This document shows positions 46,571-58,237 of a DNA stretch of 64,000 nt, piece after piece. Under the pieces are notes generated by a model. The model saw only the letters and a program-made list of their open reading frames with translations, was not told the DNA's origin and made no database searches. Made by a program: the position numbers and the translations under genes. The number at the start of each line of letters is the position of its first letter. Position 1 is the first letter of the stretch. The DNA is from Cephaloticoccus sp. (GTDB lineage: Bacteria > Verrucomicrobiota > Verrucomicrobiia > Opitutales > Opitutaceae), in contig JAIPJW010000003.1 of NCBI GenBank assembly GCA_021734075.1, forward strand, positions 225-64,224. Direction: 5' to 3'.

Positions 46571-48223
46571 ATGCGTCCGGCTTCCCCCTTGACCCCAAGC
46601 CCTTTGACGGCCTTTGCCATTATCCTGGCGGGGGTGGGGGTGGCCCTGCTGGCCTGGTTGCTGCCCGTAAACCTCAAGTCGCTCAGCCCGGCATTATTGC
46701 GGGCTGCGGGCGCAGGCACGCCATCGGTGGCGGCGCTCGGCCAGCAACTGGTGGCGACGGAAAAGATCGGCCCGGCCCAATTGGTGCTCGCGGCGGCCCG
46801 CACGGTGGGTGATCGCGAAGCAGCGGCGCTGGGTGATGGCGTGCAGCAACTTGCCCGGGAGCAGGGCGGCTTGGTGGCCTGGGGGGGCTGGGATCCCTTC
46901 CTCGAACCCATTTTCAAGCTGCACGAAGCGCATGCGGCCACCAGCACCCCGGTGCTGGATTTTTTTATTCCAGCGCAGGCCCGGACTGCCCTGCTCGGTT
47001 ATCTGCAGAATTCCCGGTCCCAGGGGGTCCAGGCCGTGCTCAAGACCCGGTCGGTGACCGACACCGGCCGGTTTGTCCCGGCCCTGCAACCGGGCGGACA
47101 GCCCCTCGACGCCGTGATCCTTTTGACCGCCTTGCTTTATCAGGGCGAACATCTCTCGCCCAGCCTGCAGCGCGAATTGCGCAGCCTGAGTGAAGCCGCA
47201 TCGTCCCACCAGACCCTGGGCGAACTGGAGGAAGTTTACCTTGACCTGCTGTCCTTGGCTCAGCGCCTCGACTGGGTGCAAATGGGCGAACTGCTTCGGC
47301 GCACAGATGATGCCAAGACGATGAGCGAGTATGCGCATTTGGCCCGGGTGGCACCCGGGCAATTGCCGGTCATCTACACGGCGGCACTGTTCTCCGATTC
47401 GGCCGACCGGGTGGCCAACTATCTCATTAAATATGGCAAACCCGGAGCCGAGGATTTGCGCACGGCCCTGGCCTGTGGCCAGGGTGCCGTGCGGCAATTG
47501 ATGCTGCGGCAAGTGCCGGTCAATCGCGGGCGGGTCCCTGGGATGGGCGAGCTGGCGGGCGTGGCCCTGTTGCATCCCAGACTCATGCTGGCCGTGAAAT
47601 ACCTGGGTTATCTCGTGGGCGCTTTTTTGGTTTTTCGCGGGCTCGAGCGTTATTTTTTCCCGCGACCGGAAATCCGTGATCCGGCCCTGCCCCGCATGCA
47701 GAGTGGTGTGCTCGCGCTGGTGGCGGCCGCCCTGATCATTGTGGCGACGGAACCATTCCTGCTCAACGCCGCCCCCATTTCCGAATATCGTTTCAAGATT
47801 GTTATTCCCCTTCTGGCCAACTCGGCCGTGCCTCCCCCCGTCGAACCCAACTCCATCCACGCCATGAATCCCTCCACCATTGTATCCATCGGAATCTTTG
47901 CTCTCCTGCAGGTCGGCATCTACCTCATCTGCCTGCGCAAACTGCGCGAAATCCAGTGGCAGCATCTCTCCCCCCAGCTCAAGTTGCGACTCGTTGAAAA
48001 CGAGGACAACCTCTTCGACAGCGGTCTCTATGTCGGTATGATGGGCACGGCCGCCGCGTTGGTGCTCCAGGTGATGGGGGTGATCGACCACAACCTGCTG
48101 GCCGCCTACGCCTCGAACCTCTTTGGCTTGGTTTGCGTGGCCCTGGTCAAGATCCGCCATGTGCGCGGTTTCAAGCGCCGGCTGATCATGGAAGCGCAGT
48201 CCGTTGGTGCCCAAGCGTCATGA
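46571..48223 (+). CDS. Multi-pass membrane protein with MotA/TolQ/ExbB-like C-terminal channel signature (550 aa)
   Basis: N-terminal TM, ~330-aa soluble domain, then 5 hydrophobic helices. GLYVGMMGTAAALVLQ...AAYASNLFGLVCVALVKI resembles G-L-(L/F)-G-T...A-x-x-T-x-x-G-L of MotA/ExbB. Start at ATG 46571. Confidence 0.65.
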   Translation: MRPASPLTPSPLTAFAIILAGVGVALLAWLLPVNLKSLSPALLRAAGAGTPSVAALGQQLVATEKIGPAQLVLAAARTVGDREAAALGDGVQQLAREQGGLVAWGGWDPFLEPIFKLHEAHAATSTPVLDFFIPAQARTALLGYLQNSRSQGVQAVLKTRSVTDTGRFVPALQPGGQPLDAVILLTALLYQGEHLSPSLQRELRSLSEAASSHQTLGELEEVYLDLLSLAQRLDWVQMGELLRRTDDAKTMSEYAHLARVAPGQLPVIYTAALFSDSADRVANYLIKYGKPGAEDLRTALACGQGAVRQLMLRQVPVNRGRVPGMGELAGVALLHPRLMLAVKYLGYLVGAFLVFRGLERYFFPRPEIRDPALPRMQSGVLALVAAALIIVATEPFLLNAAPISEYRFKIVIPLLANSAVPPPVEPNSIHAMNPSTIVSIGIFALLQVGIYLICLRKLREIQWQHLSPQLKLRLVENEDNLFDSGLYVGMMGTAAALVLQVMGVIDHNLLAAYASNLFGLVCVALVKIRHVRGFKRRLIMEAQSVGAQAS

Positions 48224-49677
48224 ACAAGACCCTGTTGCTCATCATCATTGATTTTCTGTTTCTCAACCTCATTGCACTGACGCAGTGGGAGAAACTGGAA
48301 ATCTCGCGTCCCCCGGCGCCAATTGGTCCGGAGGTGGCGGCCCAACCGGGCGAGGGGCCGACCCCCCGGGAGCAGGATTTGGTGGCGGCGATGAAACTGT
48401 CGCTCACCGATGAAAGTGCCCGGCGCGAAAGTTTGGCCCAACAGCTGGCCGGCGCGGAGGAAACCATTGCGGAACGGGAGGCGCGACTGGCCGAAACCAC
48501 CGCGGCCTTGACCGAACGCGAGCGCAAGCTCAGTCAACTGGCGACGGAAAAATCCAAGTTGGACACCGCGCTGGCCGACACCCGGCAGACTGCGGCCATG
48601 CTATCGGCGCAAATCCAGCGTCAGCTGGCCGATGCCGCCCGTGATGCCTCGCTTTCCAAGGAGCAAATGGACCGGCTGCGGCGTGAATTGGAAGCGAAGC
48701 AGGCCGAGGCTGAGAAACAGCAGGTCGCAATTGCCCAACTCGAAAAACAACAGGCGGAGGCGCGGCAAAAGATCGAGGGCCTCTCCGTGGCGGTGCAGGT
48801 GGCCGAACAGGAGAAAACGCTGCTGAAAGACACGGCGGAAACATTCCGGCAACAGGCCCAGGCGGAACGACTGGAACGGGCCAAGGTGCAGGAAAGCAAC
48901 GTGCAATTGGCCCAAGGAGTCGGGCAGCTGGCCGAGAAATCCGGCGAGCTGACCAAGGAGATCCGGGGCAACCGGCCGATCAATGCGAATGTGCTGTTCA
49001 ACGAATTCGTGGCGAACCGCGTGGCCACCACGTTCACGGCTGCTCGCAAAAGCTTTCTTGGTCCGATCACCCGGGAGAGTGAGGCCCGGACCATTCTGGT
49101 GACCGATGGGGTGAAAATTTACGCGCTGCTGCACATCAGTGACACGCCGTTTTCATTGCGCGAAAACGGCGCGGATTGGGAGCGTTTCAGCATCGAGTTC
49201 TCGCGGCCTTCAGGTTACCACAGCCCGGTTCCACGAATGGATTTCCTGTCCCTGGATCCACGGGTAATCGTGCTGCCGGTGGATCAGGTCCAGGCGGCGG
49301 CGCTCGGGGTCAAGATTTACCAAACGGCCCTCGAGCCCTTCAAATTTCCCGAGGCCGTGTTGATCAACGGCGGCGGCACTGGTTATGGGGAAGTGGCCTT
49401 CAAACTCGATGCGGCCCAGCCGGGATATGTGCGCGTGGACAACCGATTGATGAAACGTTTGTTTGGCGACTTTGCCCCGACCCGGGGCGATCTGGTCTTC
49501 AGCAAGACGGGCGAGCTGCTCGGCATCATGGTCAACAGTGACTATTGTGCGATGGTGACGAACTTCCTGCCGTCCCGCAGCCTGAAGACGGGCGATGACA
49601 TCACGGGGCAGGAAACCGGCACGAGCCTCGACGCCATGGTGACGCGTTACCGCAGTCTGCCACTCAAGCTGCAGTAG
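48220..49677 (+). CDS. Single-pass protein with buried TM Asp (ExbD/MotB-like anchor), ~200-aa coiled coil and a globular C-terminal domain (485 aa)
   Basis: ATGA overlap with the previous gene. MNKTLLLIIIDFLFLNLIAL. Long AEQR-rich heptad-like region. C-terminal ~230 aa with weak HtrA-like similarity (LLHISDT, TGELLGIMVNS). Confidence 0.65.
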   Translation: MNKTLLLIIIDFLFLNLIALTQWEKLEISRPPAPIGPEVAAQPGEGPTPREQDLVAAMKLSLTDESARRESLAQQLAGAEETIAEREARLAETTAALTERERKLSQLATEKSKLDTALADTRQTAAMLSAQIQRQLADAARDASLSKEQMDRLRRELEAKQAEAEKQQVAIAQLEKQQAEARQKIEGLSVAVQVAEQEKTLLKDTAETFRQQAQAERLERAKVQESNVQLAQGVGQLAEKSGELTKEIRGNRPINANVLFNEFVANRVATTFTAARKSFLGPITRESEARTILVTDGVKIYALLHISDTPFSLRENGADWERFSIEFSRPSGYHSPVPRMDFLSLDPRVIVLPVDQVQAAALGVKIYQTALEPFKFPEAVLINGGGTGYGEVAFKLDAAQPGYVRVDNRLMKRLFGDFAPTRGDLVFSKTGELLGIMVNSDYCAMVTNFLPSRSLKTGDDITGQETGTSLDAMVTRYRSLPLKLQ

Positions 49678-50311
49678 CTTGGAAAACGACGCTGCGCAAC
49701 AAACCCCATTGCCGGCTGGCAGTGGCGATGGGGGCGAAGCCCGCCGCGGCGATCAGCGCTTCACTCGGCGGCAGGGTCCGGGCCTTGATCCCGGTTTGCC
49801 AGCGAAAGAAAAAATACAAGGTGGCGAGCCAGAGTCGGGCCCGGGCCCGGGCCGGGCCGTGAGCCGGCACCGCAAAATCGGCCCACAACCAACGCGCGTC
49901 CGGCGCCAGGCTGGCAGCAATTATGGCGACAACACCAGCCGCAGTGTCCGCGTCAAAACAATCGAGAAAAAAACAGGTGACCACCGCGTCGAAATGCCGG
50001 TCCGGCAGAGTCGCGGTTAGAATATCAGCCTCCTGAAATCTTATGTTATGCGGGGTTGCGGCCAGGCGTTGACGGGCGTGGCTGAGCATAACGGGACTCA
50101 GGTCGAGACAGTCATATTCTGCCGTGGGATTGAGCGCCACGAGTTGCTGCAGGCCGCGCCCATCCCCATCGCCGAGGACCAGAATATGCCGACAGTATTG
50201 CAGCTGAGGCAAAAGGGCAAAGCGCGCCCGCTCCAACTCGCGACCGAAGGCCAGGAGTTCCAACCCGCGATACAGGCCGGCCAGGCGATCGAAACCCTGC
50301 GCCGGATTCAT
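49664..50311 (-). CDS. Class I SAM-dependent methyltransferase
   Basis: ILVLGDGDGRG (motif I) and DAVVTCFFLDCF. Start at ATG 50311 (MNPAQGFDRLA). The upstream 203 codons of the track ORF are a GC artefact in another frame of the next gene. Confidence 0.75.
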   Translation of the reverse strand: MNPAQGFDRLAGLYRGLELLAFGRELERARFALLPQLQYCRHILVLGDGDGRGLQQLVALNPTAEYDCLDLSPVMLSHARQRLAATPHNIRFQEADILTATLPDRHFDAVVTCFFLDCFDADTAAGVVAIIAASLAPDARWLWADFAVPAHGPARARARLWLATLYFFFRWQTGIKARTLPPSEALIAAAGFAPIATASRQWGLLRSVVFQATAA

Positions 50312-51276
50312 CGCCCGCCTCCTAGATTTGCGGCCCAGGCCAACAGGGGGGTGAGCAGCACCATATCGGCCAGCACCCGCGAAAGCTGCCGGCCGCAGTG
50401 CTGGTGCGCGAGATCGATCACGCCCAACATGCAGCCACTCGCGGCCGCACACAACGAGGCCGTCCGCAGGGGATCGGTCTCCCGCCAAGCCAGGACCAGT
50501 GCGATGGCGGCAACCAACCAGGGCAGCAGGCGGACCAAACCGTGGCCCCCGGGGTATTGCAGGGCCAGGGAGGTTTGGCCGTGGTGACGGTCGACCTCGT
50601 TTTCCCAGACGGAGATCAGGGCACAGTCGGCGAAGCAGAGCAGACCAAACAAAACCAACAGCACACCCTCCTGTTGGGGCTGGATGGGCACCTGCACAAA
50701 ACTGAACAGGGAAATTCCGGCGACGAACAGGAGGGCGACACAGAGTTCCTTGGGCACCCGGAGGGGGTGATGCCGGTGCACCAATTGATGGGAAAGCAAA
50801 TACAAAAGCACCGGTATCAACAGCACGAGACCGGCGCGAAACTCCATGGAACTCAGATGCGCGAGGGCCAGGACCAAGCTGCCGCACAGCACGATCAACC
50901 AGACGGTGAAGGTCAGCCACCGGCGCCGTTGGTAAAAGAGGTGGCGTTGGGTTTGGATCTGTTCCGGTGGCAGCAACCAGCCTTCAATCCAGCGATCGGC
51001 GGAGTAGGCCAACCAAACGGCCGAGCCCAGGATCAGATGGTGGAACCAGTGCAGGTTTGCCCCGGTGGTGTGGGCAAAAAGCCATTGCCAACTGACTGCC
51101 ACGGCAGGTGCGTCCAGGGAAAGGACCGTCACCCATTGCCACCAATGCGGTTTGCCGGGGGAGTAGGATTGCACTTGGGGGAGTATGCCGGTGCAGCGCT
51201 GACTGGCAACGCAGAGGATGATCCGCGGGAAAATATTTGGGCCTGACAGCAGGCGGGTGAGACCCGACACTGCCAC
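50308..51276 (-). CDS. UbiA-prenyltransferase-like integral membrane protein
   Basis: About 8 TM segments. LAYSADRWIEGW and WENEVDRHHGQTSLA resemble the two Asp-rich UbiA motifs (degenerate). ATGA overlap with the downstream methyltransferase. Confidence 0.5.
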   Translation of the reverse strand: MAVSGLTRLLSGPNIFPRIILCVASQRCTGILPQVQSYSPGKPHWWQWVTVLSLDAPAVAVSWQWLFAHTTGANLHWFHHLILGSAVWLAYSADRWIEGWLLPPEQIQTQRHLFYQRRRWLTFTVWLIVLCGSLVLALAHLSSMEFRAGLVLLIPVLLYLLSHQLVHRHHPLRVPKELCVALLFVAGISLFSFVQVPIQPQQEGVLLVLFGLLCFADCALISVWENEVDRHHGQTSLALQYPGGHGLVRLLPWLVAAIALVLAWRETDPLRTASLCAAASGCMLGVIDLAHQHCGRQLSRVLADMVLLTPLLAWAANLGGGR

Positions 51277-51305
51277 CTCGCTGCGCCATCATTCGGTTCA
51301 CGGTC

Positions 51306-52883
51306 ATGTCCAACTCCACCTCCCGACGCCTAATCTACAATTACGATGCCTGGGGTCCGTTTATCCGGCCGCAGACCGTCGAGGAGTTGCAGGAGAATGT
51401 GAAGTTATTCGAGGGTTCGCAGGTGACAACCGTGATGCTTGGACCAAATTTTGGTCAAAGCATGTGTTACCCGAGTAAGGTGTCGGAGATGTGTCATTGG
51501 CGGGAGCATTCACTCGAGGAAAAAAAGGAGTTTTACTTCCGGATGGGGCCGCGATTTGCGCGCGCGTCAGAGTGGGTTGCCGAGAGGTGGCGCAAGGATG
51601 GAGTCGATGCTTTTGGTGCTCTGGTGCAATGCGTGGTAGACAGTGGACGCGAAGCTTTTGCAACAATCCGTATGAATGATGTGCATTGCCTTACTCTGGA
51701 GGACCGCCGGGGCCCTTACACGGACAGGTTTTATCGGGACCACCCGGAATACCGGCTGCAGCAAAGCGGCGGGCTCAATTACGCCATCCCCGCGGTGCGG
51801 GCACATCGGTTGGCGTGCTTTGAGGAAATGGTGCGCAACTATCCGTTTACTGGCATGGAACTCGATTTCGTGCGCGGGGTGCCTTTTTTCCCGGGAGATA
51901 ATCCACCGGATGATCCGCATGTGGGTGAACACCCCATCACGTATCCGAGGGATTACAGTGAAGGCAGTTGCCCCATCATGACCGGATTCATCGGCGAAAT
52001 ACGCGCGATGTTTGATCGGGTGGAAAGGGAACTGGGACGTAGGGTCGAATTGTGCGTGCGGGTGGGGTCAAGTTTGTCCGGTTGTCGGCGCGTGGGCCTA
52101 GACCCGGTCGAATGGCACAAACGTGGTTATCTGGATTTTCTGACGGTGGCCCGTTTTTTGCAGATCCATTACGAACTGCCGGTGGCGGCGTTTAAGCGTG
52201 CGCTCCCCGGATTACCCATCCTGACCACGATCGATTCGTATCTTACAAGCGAGGGTGAACACTTCGTTCGGATTTATCCCCGCGATGCCACTGCAGAAAT
52301 GTATAGGGGAGCCGCAGCGGCTTTGTATGCGCAGGGCTCGGATGGAATTTCACTTTTCAACATGTATGTCTGCCGGGGTAATCATCATGATGCCGAGGGC
52401 CGTGAGTGGGCGCATTTGGAGCCGAGAGAAATCATGAGTGAAGTGGGTGATCCGGCAACGTTGGAGGGGACCGACAAGCTATATGCAGTCGATGCACTCT
52501 CACCGTTGTTCAACCATCCGTTTGTCGATCCGCAGGCATTGTTGCCCGGGAAAGTTTCCCCGCGCTATCCGCTGGTCACCAAAATGTTTGTGGGAGAAAA
52601 AAATGCAGCTTCACGCAATTGGGTCCTCCGGGTCATGACGGACAAACCCATGCCGCGGGTCCGGTTTACGGTTCAGCTCAACGGCCATGGCCTGGGTGGT
52701 GGGGTCGAAGCGGCGACATCGCGTTTGTTTAACGAGCCGTATGATCAGACGGCTCCCGAGCCGGAGCGCTCCCGAGATTTCGTGGTCAATGGTGAGCACT
52801 TGGAATATGGGGAGAATGAAATCGTAGTGCTGGCCGCTGAGCCTCTCACCATCACCAATATTGAGATGTCGGTGACAGGTTAA
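51306..52883 (+). CDS. Hypothetical 525-aa protein, possibly GH-like TIM barrel
   Basis: Long ORF with coding GC3. No family motif recognised with confidence. Confidence 0.55.
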   Translation: MSNSTSRRLIYNYDAWGPFIRPQTVEELQENVKLFEGSQVTTVMLGPNFGQSMCYPSKVSEMCHWREHSLEEKKEFYFRMGPRFARASEWVAERWRKDGVDAFGALVQCVVDSGREAFATIRMNDVHCLTLEDRRGPYTDRFYRDHPEYRLQQSGGLNYAIPAVRAHRLACFEEMVRNYPFTGMELDFVRGVPFFPGDNPPDDPHVGEHPITYPRDYSEGSCPIMTGFIGEIRAMFDRVERELGRRVELCVRVGSSLSGCRRVGLDPVEWHKRGYLDFLTVARFLQIHYELPVAAFKRALPGLPILTTIDSYLTSEGEHFVRIYPRDATAEMYRGAAAALYAQGSDGISLFNMYVCRGNHHDAEGREWAHLEPREIMSEVGDPATLEGTDKLYAVDALSPLFNHPFVDPQALLPGKVSPRYPLVTKMFVGEKNAASRNWVLRVMTDKPMPRVRFTVQLNGHGLGGGVEAATSRLFNEPYDQTAPEPERSRDFVVNGEHLEYGENEIVVLAAEPLTITNIEMSVTG

Positions 52884-52893
52884 TCGTATTTTC

Positions 52894-54102
52894 ATGGGAG
52901 TAATGAAGCCGAACATCCTTTGGATTGTGACGACGCAATGGCGGGCGCAGGCCTGTGGTTATGCGGGTGATCCCAATGCTCGCACGCCGGTGTTGGACGC
53001 CTTGGCGGCACAGAGCATAAACTACACGCAGGCCGTCACCCCCCATCCCTTCGGTCCCTTTGCCCGGGCCGCGATGCTCACCGGATTGCCTTCACCGCAA
53101 AACGGCGTGCGGCATTATGATGATCCCCTGCCGCAATTGGTGCCGACCATCGCGCATGCCTTGGGGGCCTTCGATTACCGGACGGCCTATTTCGGCAAAT
53201 GGCACCTGGCCCCACGTGAACGGGATGTGCCGTTGGTGGGTGAGGCCCATGCCAAAACAATCGTGGCACCGGAAAATCGCGGAGGGTTTGAGTTCTGGGA
53301 AGGATTTGAGGGCGGATTCCAACTCAATGACCCTTGGTTCCATGGCACCCGACTGCCGCTTCCGGTGCAGTTTCAAGGCTATCAGAGTGATGTCCTTTGC
53401 CAGCGGGCTGCCACTTGGTTGACCGCGCAACGATCGAGTGACGGCCCATGGTTTGCCGTGGTAAGTCTGGAGGCACCACATCCTCCCTATCGGGAAGGCG
53501 CAGCGGGGATAGCTCCGGCCAAGCCCGAGAGCCTGCAGCTGCGGCCCAATTTACCGAAAGGGGGCAAGGTGGAAGCGCGGGCCCGGGTTGAACTCGCGGG
53601 CTATTATGCCCATATCGCAGCCACGGATCGCGCGATTGGCCGCCTGCTTGCCGCCGTGGGATTGGCCAACACCGTGGTCGCTTTCACCAGCGTGCATGGT
53701 GACATGCACGGTTCGCACGGACTCTTTCGCAAAGGCTGGCCGCAAGAGGAAAGTGTGCGGGTGCCCTTGTTGGTTTGTCTGCCGGGGGGGGACGCCCGAA
53801 ATGATGAATCACCGGTTTCAATCCAGGATTTACCCGCGATGACCCAGGCTTGGGCGGTCGGGATGGACTGGAAATGTGCACGTGATTTCGCCCCGATCTC
53901 GATGCCCAGTGTGGTCGATCTGCCCGAGCAATGCGACCGGATCTGGCACGGGATCAGAAGCAAGGATCGCAAACTGGTGCTCGGAACCGACGACTCGCCC
54001 TGGCTGTTTTATGATCTGGCGCCGGACCCGCATGAGACCGTCAATCTGGCCTTGTCACCGGAACGCGGGACGGAAATTGAGCAATTGATCACGCGGATCT
54101 GA
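52894..54102 (+). CDS. Sulfatase-family (alkaline-phosphatase superfamily) protein lacking canonical catalytic residues
   Basis: Overall sulfatase pattern: KPNILWIV, RAAMLTG, FGKWHL, TVVAFTSVHGDMHG, LFYDLAPDPHETVNL. However DD becomes TQ, C-x-P-x-R becomes G-P-F-A-R, and DHG becomes VHG. No signal peptide. Confidence 0.7.
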   Translation: MGVMKPNILWIVTTQWRAQACGYAGDPNARTPVLDALAAQSINYTQAVTPHPFGPFARAAMLTGLPSPQNGVRHYDDPLPQLVPTIAHALGAFDYRTAYFGKWHLAPRERDVPLVGEAHAKTIVAPENRGGFEFWEGFEGGFQLNDPWFHGTRLPLPVQFQGYQSDVLCQRAATWLTAQRSSDGPWFAVVSLEAPHPPYREGAAGIAPAKPESLQLRPNLPKGGKVEARARVELAGYYAHIAATDRAIGRLLAAVGLANTVVAFTSVHGDMHGSHGLFRKGWPQEESVRVPLLVCLPGGDARNDESPVSIQDLPAMTQAWAVGMDWKCARDFAPISMPSVVDLPEQCDRIWHGIRSKDRKLVLGTDDSPWLFYDLAPDPHETVNLALSPERGTEIEQLITRI

Positions 54103-54107
54103 CCCGA

Positions 54108-58076
<3,969 letters not shown>

Positions 58077-58237
58077 TAAGGTATTTACCCTACTCTAGGA
58101 ACGCTAAATCAACGAGTGCAATGTGTTTTAACTGCCTGATACCAATAGTGACAACGGGTGCCCCAGCTGTTTCTACATGGTGCGTTGGCGGCCTGTTTGC
58201 CCTTGTGCGGAGGGAGCCGAATGGTCCCCCCTGCGGA

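Noticed and set aside
46694-48214. 506-aa minus-strand ORF antisense to the MotA-like gene
   Set aside because: It is a shadow ORF. The plus-strand frame has coherent TM helices and translational coupling to the next gene, while the minus frame is Gly/Arg/His-rich without structure.
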